Shown piece after piece: positions 32,849-41,836 of a DNA stretch of 64,000 nucleotides. The DNA is from Verrucomicrobiaceae bacterium. GTDB taxonomy: Bacteria > Verrucomicrobiota > Verrucomicrobiia > Verrucomicrobiales > Akkermansiaceae. Positions within the stretch are counted from its first letter, which is position 1. The number at the start of each line of letters is the position of its first letter. The notes under the pieces are model-generated. The model saw only the letters and a list, made by a program, of their open reading frames with translations. It made no database searches and had not been told where the DNA came from. Made by a program: the position numbers and the translations under genes. Where the stretch lies: assembly GCA_051252135.1 (NCBI GenBank), contig JBPOGH010000008.1:1-64000 (forward strand), read 5' to 3'.

Positions 32849-32919
32849 CTGCCTCCCCCCTCCGCTCCGGTCCAAATGCACCTTCAAATCCCTCCCGCCA
32901 AAAGCAAACTCCTGGCAGT
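32849..32919 (+). repeat. Dispersed ~70-bp repeat, copy 1
   Basis: CCCCTCCGCTCCGGTCCAAA…TTCAAA…TCCCGCCAAAAGCAAA…GGCAGT; matches 33258-33327 and, inverted, 49530-49585. Confidence 0.75.
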
Positions 32920-32934
32920 AATTACGAAAATGAT

Positions 32935-33105
32935 CTAATCCGGCACCTCGGTTGCCTTCGCTTTCTTCCCGTCGCTCCGCTCCCATTCCTCGCGTGATCG
33001 CAACGGACCCACGATCCCCAGCCCGCGCAAGCCCTTCGCCTTCGCCTCCTGAGTTATATTCTGAAACTTCGCCAGAGCCTTTTTTGTTTTCTCCTTCATA
33101 AGCAT
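32935..33105 (-). CDS. Possible 56-aa basic protein between the two direct repeats
   Basis: Manual translation MLMKEKTKKALAKFQNITQEAKAKGLRGLGIVGPLRSREEWERSDGKKAKATEVPD*; no recognisable motif. Confidence 0.3.
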   Translation of the reverse strand: MLMKEKTKKALAKFQNITQEAKAKGLRGLGIVGPLRSREEWERSDGKKAKATEVPD

Positions 33106-33257
33106 CTACAATCTTTCGATGAAGCGCCACCCCATGTTCATGGCTCCCAGGATAATCCCAATCACCAATCTGGTGAAAAATCCCCGACACATAGGATACG
33201 CGCTTCCTCCCAAAACCCAAACCCGGCTTCTTGATTTTCGCAACCTCATTACACCCC

Positions 33258-33327
33258 CTGTCTCCCCCTCCGCTCCGGTCCAAACGCGCCTTCAAAACTC
33301 TCCCGCTAAAAGCAAATCCCCGGCAGT
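33258..33327 (+). repeat. Dispersed ~70-bp repeat, copy 2
   Basis: Imperfect direct repeat of 32849-32919. Confidence 0.75.
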
Positions 33328-33701
33328 TGGGTTGATCCTTATCAAAAAGGATATCGCTGCCGGCGTGTCCCTAAAACGATAAAACCAAATCCAAGGAGTA
33401 GGATCGCTGTTGGTGGTGTCGTCGCGAGCATTGTGAATCGGGTGAATCGGGAATGTAGCCCCTACCCGTTGACCCAAGAAGGCTTATCTGCCCTCTACCC
33501 ATTAATTACAAATGGCATTCGGACTTCTTGGAGTGATTGGCAGTGACGCTGGGCAGCACCAATCGTCCGTCCCGCCTGCCATTTCAACCGGCGCCCCGCT
33601 TCCGTTCGAGACGGTCATTGGCAAACCGCTTGCTCCGGTAACCCCGCCCCCGTTCGAACGAAAGGATTGATAAAGCAAACTCTGGGCAGTAGCACCCACC
33701 T

Positions 33702-34670
33702 ATGGGCATTGAAATCAGCTACCGGGACCTCTCGAATCACGGAGCCATGTTGCAGGATGAAGTGCGCTGCCAAGCCTTTCGCGATGCCCTATTTGAAGTA
33801 GTAACACCCGATTCGGTGGTCTTGGACATCGGCGCGGGCACCGGAATCCTCAGCATCTTTGCCGCCCAAGCCGGAGCGAAACAAGTCTACGCCGTGGAAC
33901 GCTCACCGGTGGCTCAGCAGGCCAAGAAAATCATTACGGCGAACGGACTGAGTGACCGGATCACCGTGCTACAGGCCGAAATGGAAACCCTGGAACTGCC
34001 GGAGAAGGTTGATGTCATCGTCTCCGAATGGCTGGGCGGTTATGGCGTCGATGAAAATCTCCTGCCCATTGTCATTCAGGCCCGGGATCGCTGGCTGAAA
34101 CCCGGCGGATTGATGATTCCCGGCACCACCACCTCCTGGATGGCTCCGGCCTACGACAAGTATCTCCAGGAGGAAATTGATTTCTGGAATGGTCAACCCT
34201 ACGGCGTCGACCTTTCCATCTTGAGCGATGACGCACAACGGCGCTCCGAACCCAGCTGTCATCATATCAAACCAGACGACCTGGCCTGCGAGGCACAACA
34301 CATGTGGACCATCGATAGCCACACCTGCACCGCGGACCGGGCCAATGGCACCTTCGAAGCCAAGCTTGAATTCATTGCGGAAAGCAACACCGTGATCAAT
34401 TCCCTGGCCGCTTGGTTCGAAACGAAGTCTGCCCTCACCGTGGAGCTGTCCAATGCCCCGTCCTGCCCGGATACCCATTGGGGACGCACCGTGTTTCCCA
34501 TCGGCAAAACCGTATTCGTGGAAAAAGGCACCCGCATCAAAGTTCACTTTGTCCATGAACCCTACGGCAAAGGACACTCCAACGCCAAATGGAGCGTCGA
34601 AATAGAGGAGTATCGTTTCCAGTCTGAAGATACCACCCTGCTGACCGGAGATTTCTCCCGGCCATCCTGA
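33702..34670 (+). CDS. Protein arginine N-methyltransferase (PRMT)-like SAM-dependent methyltransferase
   Basis: HGAMLQDEVR, VVLDIGAGTGILS, VYAVE, EKVDVIVSEWLG…E double-E loop, WLKPGGLMIP and the THW loop. Confidence 0.85.
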   Translation: MGIEISYRDLSNHGAMLQDEVRCQAFRDALFEVVTPDSVVLDIGAGTGILSIFAAQAGAKQVYAVERSPVAQQAKKIITANGLSDRITVLQAEMETLELPEKVDVIVSEWLGGYGVDENLLPIVIQARDRWLKPGGLMIPGTTTSWMAPAYDKYLQEEIDFWNGQPYGVDLSILSDDAQRRSEPSCHHIKPDDLACEAQHMWTIDSHTCTADRANGTFEAKLEFIAESNTVINSLAAWFETKSALTVELSNAPSCPDTHWGRTVFPIGKTVFVEKGTRIKVHFVHEPYGKGHSNAKWSVEIEEYRFQSEDTTLLTGDFSRPS

Positions 34671-34677
34671 CTCGGCC

Positions 34678-34926
34678 TCACTCCCCGCACGGCCGCCGCG
34701 TCCCAGTCTCCAGATAGAGCAGCGCCTTTTGGTAGCTCGCTCCCGTCAAAAAGTGGTCCAAATTCCCATCGATCTCACCCCGGTGCGCTTCGTGCCAACT
34801 CATGATCGCCTCGCTCACCTCCTTCAGAGCGTCAAGGTGCGCCTCGGGATCCCGATCACGAAATTCATGATCGGCAATCACCGCAATCCGGGCTTCGAGC
34901 AGCTGGGCTAAATCAGGAAAGTTCAT
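34678..34926 (-). CDS. Small helical hypothetical protein
   Basis: About 82-aa ORF with a protein-like composition (IADHEFRDRDP…LDHFLTGASYQKAL), filling the gap between convergent genes. Confidence 0.65.
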   Translation of the reverse strand: MNFPDLAQLLEARIAVIADHEFRDRDPEAHLDALKEVSEAIMSWHEAHRGEIDGNLDHFLTGASYQKALLYLETGTRRPCGE

Positions 34927-34964
34927 CGACAAATTCACCACAGGCTTCCTCTAAAACAAAGCTC

Positions 34965-36179
34965 TCAAAACAACTTCGTCGCAGGATCACCCACCAGCAT
35001 CCACATCTCGAGATGCTCCAGGCGTTGATCCCGCAACCCACGCTCACCCCCGGTCCCATCGACTCGATCAAAAACGAAAAACAAAGGCCGGCTCATCCGG
35101 GCCGTGGCGATCGCTTCCTGCACCGCGAGAAACCATTCCCCGGCCGTCGCAGGCGGATTCTCTTTCATCGCACTCACCGCACCCTTTGCCGCCAGGTATC
35201 CCGGCGCGGAGTAACTTTCCCCGGTCGCTCCAATAAACGCCACCGGACCCCCGGGCGCCTGGACACTGCGGTAACCCACCGCCTCATCCCCATCGAGGCA
35301 ATAACAACCACAGCTCAGAAAAAGACCACGCCGACTGGAAGGCGAAAGCCCATCCCAACGATCCCCCGTGAATTGATTCTGCAAGCCCTCGATCAGGTTG
35401 GCTCCTCGGGCCAACTGGCACAGGCTGCTCGAACTCGAGTGTCCGAAGTAAGCACCAACATCATACGGTTTGTTTAACTCGGCAACAAACCGTGCAGGGA
35501 ACTCGCCCTCCGGCGCAGCGAAAGGATGCCCCGGCACATCGGCCGCCCCGCTGAAGGTCCACGAAGAATGCGCCTTGCGCACCAACGATCTCGAAAGAGC
35601 GGACACCAACGCATCAGCAGCCCACATCCGCTTGGGCCCCCCGATCGGATCCCCGACCAAAAGGATCGCCCGCTTCGGCTCGGAGTCGGCAACTCGGCGA
35701 CCCTCCTCAAAGGCCAGAATCTTGCTCACCAGCATTTTCGCCTGCGCGGGCGTAGCCGCAGGAAGGCGCCCCACCGCAAACAAGGGCGTAGTCCCATCCC
35801 GCTTCATCGCATAGCGGCTATCGGAAGGAACACCCTTCATCCGGTGGTGCCGCCCCTCCGCCCCCGGGATCAACGCCGTGGTCCTAACCACGAGAAGGCA
35901 ATCCCGCTCGCGTTCCCCAAGATCAAGTTCGGCAATCCGCTGGTGGATCAACTCAGGTGTGGCCCCCGGGATCGAGATCACCTGATAACCCTGGGCCGCT
36001 CGCGCCTTCTTCAAAGGAGCAAGAGCCGTCGCAAAAGAAGGGGGATGGGCCACAACCCACCGCGGAGTTTCCTTCCGTTCCTCCGCCTTCCATGTCGCAG
36101 GATAATGGAGTTCAAGGGTTTGTGGGGCACAAGAACTCAGCAAGAGAGCAAGGAGACTGAGAAAAAGACCGGGGCGCAT
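34965..36179 (-). CDS. C25 (gingipain-like) cysteine peptidase-family lipoprotein
   Basis: Lipobox LSSC; AVGRLPA, YFGHS (His), SCGCY (Cys), GGPVAFIGAT and LVGDPA motifs. Confidence 0.75.
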   Translation of the reverse strand: MRPGLFLSLLALLLSSCAPQTLELHYPATWKAEERKETPRWVVAHPPSFATALAPLKKARAAQGYQVISIPGATPELIHQRIAELDLGERERDCLLVVRTTALIPGAEGRHHRMKGVPSDSRYAMKRDGTTPLFAVGRLPAATPAQAKMLVSKILAFEEGRRVADSEPKRAILLVGDPIGGPKRMWAADALVSALSRSLVRKAHSSWTFSGAADVPGHPFAAPEGEFPARFVAELNKPYDVGAYFGHSSSSSLCQLARGANLIEGLQNQFTGDRWDGLSPSSRRGLFLSCGCYCLDGDEAVGYRSVQAPGGPVAFIGATGESYSAPGYLAAKGAVSAMKENPPATAGEWFLAVQEAIATARMSRPLFFVFDRVDGTGGERGLRDQRLEHLEMWMLVGDPATKLF

Positions 36180-36252
36180 AACAAAGTGAAAAGTGGAAAA
36201 GGTTCGCAGATTCACTCACAAGTGTCGCCAACAATCTCCCCCTCACTCCCCC

Positions 36253-37734
36253 TCACTCCCCCACCGAAACCTCGTTCACCGTGTAATAAGCATTCCGGTG
36301 CAACAACTCCTCCCCATCCCGCGACTTCAGCCCCGCCAAATCAAACTCATGCACATGCCCCTTCAACAGCTGGTTTAGCTTCAATCTTACCGACATCCCG
36401 TCCTCCGCCAACTCCACCGCCTCCACCACCGGAGTCGTCTGATCAATCTCCGGACCACCATACCCCGCACCATAACGATGCGTAAAAGTCGCCATCGCAT
36501 AGGACTCCACCTTCTCACCCGATTCCTTCTCAACCGCCTTCGTAAATTTCAGCTCAAACCCCTCCGGCGTAATCGTCACCCGCTCAATCTCAAAGGGCAT
36601 CTTCCCCGTCCACTCCAGCCGTTCCAACGCAAAGGGCTTTAGCCCCCGCACCGGCCAACCCCGATTCGTCCCGCCCGCCAAAAGCTTCCCGCCCGGCGTA
36701 AATTGAATGTTCAGAATCCCCGTCGAAAGCTCCTCCCGAAACGGATAACACGCCCCCTGCCACACCCCGTTCACCTGCTCCGTCGTCGCCCGCAGGATCA
36801 ACGATTGCGTGTAGTCCCCGAGGAAAATCTGATTCTCAAAAGGCCCAAACTTCCCCTTCGTCTCATCCAGCACAAACCCCGTGATCGAACGACCCATCCG
36901 GATGTAGGGAAAGATCACCGCATAAGGCACCAACTCCTTCACCCGCTCCTTCTCTAACAGAATGCTCGATCCCGACTCCGGCTCTACCGGCGCCTCCAGA
37001 TTTGGCACGAACTCGTACCAATTGAAACTCGCCGGATGCCCCATGAATCCGCCCTCCTTCACAAACTTCAAACTGCAAGCCGAGTTCCATGGCCCCTGAC
37101 TCTCGATATAAAAAAGCGCCCCGTGCTCATCGAACCCAATCCCGCCCGGACTCCGCATCCCGCTCGCAATCGGGATCGTCTTCCCCTCCGGCGTAATCTT
37201 CAACCCCCACCCGCGCAACAACTCCCACGAGTTGTAGGATTTCGACAACCCCAGCGCCACGTAGAGATTCCCCTCCGGGTCAAATTTCGACCCAAAGGCA
37301 TACTCGTGATACGTCCCGTAACCCCACGCATCCGACACCACCTCAAAGCGATCCGCCCTCCCATCACCCGTCGTATCCCGCACCTTCGTCAGCTCCCCGC
37401 TCTGCGTCACAAACAACGCCCCCTCTTTCCAGGCCAACCCAAAAATCTCATCCAGCCCCGACGCAAAAAGATGATACTCCGGCTCCGGCCGTGCCGCATC
37501 CAAGCCCGAGACAAAATAAATATCACCCCGCCGCGTCCCGATCGCGATCCTCCCGTCCGGCAGCGCCTCAAACGCACCCGCCTCAATCACCGCACCCTTC
37601 GGCATCGGCACATCCACCACCCGGTAATACTCCCGCTCGCGATCCGCCGTCCCCCAGCGCTCACCCACTTCCTCCGCCGTCAAACACGACGCCATCAGCA
37701 GCCCACTCAAAGTCAATCTAGCGAAGCAATTCAT
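36253..37734 (-). CDS. Secreted beta-propeller protein paired with the multihaem cytochrome
   Basis: Signal peptide; DTTGDGRAD, YHEYAFG and SGMRSPGG motifs typical of PVC sugar-dehydrogenase-like propellers. Overlaps the stop codon of the upstream gene. Confidence 0.75.
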   Translation of the reverse strand: MNCFARLTLSGLLMASCLTAEEVGERWGTADREREYYRVVDVPMPKGAVIEAGAFEALPDGRIAIGTRRGDIYFVSGLDAARPEPEYHLFASGLDEIFGLAWKEGALFVTQSGELTKVRDTTGDGRADRFEVVSDAWGYGTYHEYAFGSKFDPEGNLYVALGLSKSYNSWELLRGWGLKITPEGKTIPIASGMRSPGGIGFDEHGALFYIESQGPWNSACSLKFVKEGGFMGHPASFNWYEFVPNLEAPVEPESGSSILLEKERVKELVPYAVIFPYIRMGRSITGFVLDETKGKFGPFENQIFLGDYTQSLILRATTEQVNGVWQGACYPFREELSTGILNIQFTPGGKLLAGGTNRGWPVRGLKPFALERLEWTGKMPFEIERVTITPEGFELKFTKAVEKESGEKVESYAMATFTHRYGAGYGGPEIDQTTPVVEAVELAEDGMSVRLKLNQLLKGHVHEFDLAGLKSRDGEELLHRNAYYTVNEVSVGE

Positions 37735-39985
37735 AATCAATCGTAAAGTTCGTCTTCCCCTCCTCAAGATTCAGCTCAATCAGCAACTCCTTCCCCTCCC
37801 CAAAATCACGCAGCCTAGTCTCCGCCTCTCCCACCGAAACCTTCAGCTCCCCATTTGAAAAAATGCCCCTCGCAACCGACTCCACCTCTCCCGTCAGCCC
37901 CCGAAAAAACACCCGCGTCTTCCCCCGCGAATCAAACTGAAACGTCCGCCTCAAAACACCCCCATCCACCACCACCGACTTCTCCTCAATCGCCACCTCC
38001 TCGCAGCGATACATCAGCGTCGGATTCCCACTCTCATCGAAAAAGTATCCCTGAAAAGCATACCCGTGATTCTTCGGATAAAGCGGATCCGGATTCACCG
38101 GCGCTTCCTTCGTCGTCACCGGACTCAAGGGCCACGCCTCGTCCACATTCTTCAACTGAAGAAACCCCACATCCTGCGCCAGCTCCACCGCCCGCGACGC
38201 CGGATTAAAATCTCCCGCCCCCTGCGACCGCCAATTCGCCGTCACAAACTCACCCTTCCAAATCGCCGTCAGCGCCCCGTTCTGCGCATTGAAGGCATAG
38301 TTCATCCCACCCGGATAACCCACCGCGATCCCGCGATAACCCGCCACCCGACTCCGACCGCGATACACCTTCACCCGATCAGTCACCACCAGCTTCGAGG
38401 GCTCCGATCGCAACCCCGACGGGTCCCTCGCCGACCTCCCCAACCAAAACTGATACCACAGCGCCTCCAACTGCGCGTGCGTGTCACCGCCCAAAATATC
38501 CGTCTGCACGGCTTCCCCGTCCGGCCAAAAATTCGGCATGATGATCCCCTTCCGGTGCGCCCCCGGGTCCTTCATAAACGCCGCAAACCAACCCGGCTCC
38601 AACCGCTGAAATGACGTCGTCAAATCCAGCCCCTTCATCCCCGGCGACTCCTTCCCGTTGTAATTGTGACACGCGATACAATTCAGCCCCTTGTCCCCTA
38701 ACAAAAGATGCCCCCCATTGCTCACCATCGGCTTCGTCTCTCGAGTCGGCTCCTCAAAGGTCACCTCCTCAATCTCATCCAACGCATCAAAAAGTTCCGT
38801 CATCCCCTCCAGCCCCGCCATCCCGTAATGCGGCATCCGCGTCGTCATATAAGGCCGCACCCGCTCCTTCTCAAAGAGAACCTTCGAAAGCCAACCCGGC
38901 TTCAACTTCGCCCCCACCAAAGTCAACGGCGGAGGAATCCGCGCCTCATTCCCCAACGCCTCCTCCGTCGATCCAAAATACGCATCCAGCTCCGCCGAAA
39001 CACCCCCAAAACCATCACGCTCATGACACGCGATACAGTTCATCTGCGTCAGCTTCATCTCCAGTTCATCTTCCTTCGAAAACTCCCCTTCCTTCTCCAA
39101 CGCCACCCGCAACACGTCCCGCTGCCCCGCATCCAAATCAAAATCCGGCGCACCATCAACCTCCTCCGAAAGACACCCCTTCCCAAAATCCATCTCCCCA
39201 AGATCTGGTCCCGTCTTCCCTCCCGCACCCTCAACCTCGTGACACGAATTACAGTTGAACTTCAGAAAATTTTCCCGCCCCGTAGTCACCTGATCCATCG
39301 TCAAAATCGCTCCTCCCACAATCCCTAACCCATCCAAATAAGCCGCCAAATCCACCGCCTCCTTCCGGCTCAAATCCATATCCGGCATCCGCCCCGATCC
39401 CCGCACCTTCAGCGGGTCCATCAAAAACTCCGCCAACGCTCCCGCCCGATATTTCCCCTGAAGATGCGCCAGCGAAACCACCCCATCCTTCCGCGACTCC
39501 TCCCCCGCTTCATCGCGCGGCGAATGACACGCCACACACCCCACCTCGTGGTAAACCTTCTCCCCCTGCACCGCATCCCCCTTCACCAACTCGTTAAGTT
39601 TCAAAAGCCCAGCCGCTGGTTCTCTCAACGACGCCAAATAATGCCCAATCGACTCACTCACCCGCTTCTTCTCCTCAACATCCAACCCCGACAACACATC
39701 CGGCATCGTCGTCCCCGGATGCGTCCCCGCTGGATCAAAAAGAAACTTCGCAAGATAATCCGCACTCAACCGCAACCCCACTTCCCTCAAATCAGGAGCC
39801 TCTTTCATCCCCTCCTCATCCATCCCCTCATGACAAGCCGCACACCGCAACTCCTTCGCCAACACCTGCCCCGTTTGAACCTCATCCAACGGATGCTCCC
39901 CATACAACCCCACCACCACCGGCGCCCCCCAACTCATCCCGCCCATCACCAAACAAGCAGTTACAAGGAAGCGAGCAATGATCAT
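37718..39985 (-). CDS. Multihaem c-type cytochrome (five CxxCH motifs)
   Basis: CAACH, CVACH, CNSCH, CIACH, CIACH, most followed by distal MP motifs; signal peptide. Confidence 0.85.
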   Translation of the reverse strand: MIIARFLVTACLVMGGMSWGAPVVVGLYGEHPLDEVQTGQVLAKELRCAACHEGMDEEGMKEAPDLREVGLRLSADYLAKFLFDPAGTHPGTTMPDVLSGLDVEEKKRVSESIGHYLASLREPAAGLLKLNELVKGDAVQGEKVYHEVGCVACHSPRDEAGEESRKDGVVSLAHLQGKYRAGALAEFLMDPLKVRGSGRMPDMDLSRKEAVDLAAYLDGLGIVGGAILTMDQVTTGRENFLKFNCNSCHEVEGAGGKTGPDLGEMDFGKGCLSEEVDGAPDFDLDAGQRDVLRVALEKEGEFSKEDELEMKLTQMNCIACHERDGFGGVSAELDAYFGSTEEALGNEARIPPPLTLVGAKLKPGWLSKVLFEKERVRPYMTTRMPHYGMAGLEGMTELFDALDEIEEVTFEEPTRETKPMVSNGGHLLLGDKGLNCIACHNYNGKESPGMKGLDLTTSFQRLEPGWFAAFMKDPGAHRKGIIMPNFWPDGEAVQTDILGGDTHAQLEALWYQFWLGRSARDPSGLRSEPSKLVVTDRVKVYRGRSRVAGYRGIAVGYPGGMNYAFNAQNGALTAIWKGEFVTANWRSQGAGDFNPASRAVELAQDVGFLQLKNVDEAWPLSPVTTKEAPVNPDPLYPKNHGYAFQGYFFDESGNPTLMYRCEEVAIEEKSVVVDGGVLRRTFQFDSRGKTRVFFRGLTGEVESVARGIFSNGELKVSVGEAETRLRDFGEGKELLIELNLEEGKTNFTIDYELLR

Positions 39986-40142
39986 CCCGCCGACTCTGCC
40001 GAATCCACCCTCCCCCCGCAAACAAAGATTCCCAATCAATCCTTTTGAATTCCCCCCTCAACCAATCTGCGAAAATCCTCTTAATCTGCGGATAGCTTCC
40101 CCGGCTTCAACCACGGACCAATCCCCGGGGCCGTCGTTAGAA

Positions 40143-41420
40143 CTACTTCTTCGCCTCAATACAAAACAAGTGACTCTCACCCCGGATAAACACCTGATCA
40201 TCCACCAGCGCCGGAGTCGCATCCACTCCCTCGCCCAGCGAATTGGTCGAAACAATTTCCAGCTCCTCCCCATCCTTGATCACCACCGTCGTCCCACTTC
40301 GCCCCGTAATAAAAACATGGCCACCCGCAGCCACCGATGACGCATAAAGGGTCGAGAGTCCCGGAATCTTCGCCGCCGTATAATACGCCTCTCCCGTATG
40401 AGGATTCACGCATGACAGCGACGCCGACTTATCCTTGTGAATATAAAGGAGCTTTCCCGACAACAGCGGCGACGCCAAATCCGGCGTATTCTTCTCCCAA
40501 CTCCACGCAACATTCTTCGTCCCCTTCAAATCTCCCCGCCCGCCCAGACGAAACGCCCCTCCGTAGGAACCCCGGAACCCGCTCGCCACCACCACCAAAT
40601 CATCAATCGCCACCGCGCACGTCACCGGACGCTGCGCTTTCCCCGCCACCCGCCACAGCTCCTTGCCCGTCTCCAGGTCATAGCCACGAATAAAATTCTG
40701 CCCGTTCATCACCACCTGCTTCGCGCCATCGTGCTCCACCACAAAAGGCGTGCACCAATTCGTCGGCTCATCCCGCTCGGTCTTCCAGATCGTTTTTCCC
40801 GTCAGCCGATTCAGCGCATAAAGAGCCGAAGGCCCCTCATGGTCCCACGGCACCAAAATCTTATCCCCTTCCAAGGTCGGCGAACTCCCCTCACCGAACT
40901 CGTTGCGCGTATCCATCTTCCCAAAGTCATCCCGCTTCCAAACCAACTCCCCATCCATCGTGTAACAATAAAGCCCCCGCGAACCAAAGTGCGCATAGAC
41001 ATGCTCGCCATTCGTGACCGGCGACGCCGAAGCGAACCCGTTCGTCGAGTGCGTCCCCTCATGCGGAGTCGCCGTCGTCGCCGTCTTCTCCCAACGCACC
41101 TTCCCCGTCCCACGATCAAAACAATAAACCCGAAACGCCAACTCCGACAGCCGCTCCCCGTCAAACCCAAGCCCCCCGTCCTTCGCCACCGCAGACACCA
41201 CAAACACCCGATCCCCCCACACCACTGGCGATCCCGACCCACGCCCCGGAACCGGCACCTTCCACTTCACATTCTTCGTCGCACTCCACTCCACCGGCGG
41301 CTTCGCCTCAGCCGATGACCCGTTCCCCAACGGCCCCCGCCAATGCCCCCAATTCCCTCCCATCGCTACGGAGGTGACGAAAAGGGCAAGCGAGCAAGCG
41401 AAGAGGGTTTGAAATGACAT
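40143..41420 (-). CDS. PQQ-like (BamB-like) beta-propeller protein
   Basis: NWGHWRGP, KWKVPVPGRGSGSPVVWGDRVF and TGKxxW repeats. Confidence 0.88.
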   Translation of the reverse strand: MSFQTLFACSLALFVTSVAMGGNWGHWRGPLGNGSSAEAKPPVEWSATKNVKWKVPVPGRGSGSPVVWGDRVFVVSAVAKDGGLGFDGERLSELAFRVYCFDRGTGKVRWEKTATTATPHEGTHSTNGFASASPVTNGEHVYAHFGSRGLYCYTMDGELVWKRDDFGKMDTRNEFGEGSSPTLEGDKILVPWDHEGPSALYALNRLTGKTIWKTERDEPTNWCTPFVVEHDGAKQVVMNGQNFIRGYDLETGKELWRVAGKAQRPVTCAVAIDDLVVVASGFRGSYGGAFRLGGRGDLKGTKNVAWSWEKNTPDLASPLLSGKLLYIHKDKSASLSCVNPHTGEAYYTAAKIPGLSTLYASSVAAGGHVFITGRSGTTVVIKDGEELEIVSTNSLGEGVDATPALVDDQVFIRGESHLFCIEAKK

Positions 41421-41479
41421 GGCGAAAAAACGGGAAATTACCGGTAACTCTCCACGCTCCTCCCCCCATGTCAAGACAG

Positions 41480-41750
41480 CCAAAAAACCACCCCTCATCC
41501 AATCTCCGAAAATCGTCCCAATCTGCGGATAGATTCCCCCAACCCCAGCAATTCAAATCTAAATGTTCGGTGTTCCCCCCCTCAACCATGCCCAGTTCGT
41601 CGTGTAGGCTTTAGCCGAACTCCTCAACCAAGCATCCCCTCCATCCTGTCCATTTGCCTAAGAGGCTATTTGTCTTCGACCATCTCCGCTTTGCTCCGGT
41701 TCCACTTCGTTCCGGTTGCGGTTAGAAAACTGCCCAACCAAGCCTCTGCC
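41480..41750 (+). repeat. Degenerate composite repeat array
   Basis: AATCTGCGGATAG module, CCCCAACCCCAGCAATTCAAATCTAAATGTTCGGTGTTC module and CAACCAAG linkers. Confidence 0.7.
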
Positions 41751-41836
41751 TCCACTGTGATCCCAAAAACAATCTCCCTTTGCATCTCAGGTCACCTCGC
41801 TAAACTCCCCCTTCCAGCTCTCAAATCTCACCTCTC

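Noticed and set aside
33512..33670. 52-codon ORF just upstream of the PRMT-like gene (candidate substrate or precursor peptide)
   Set aside because: No clear RBS, only one Arg and no RGG or leader motif, so nothing supports it.
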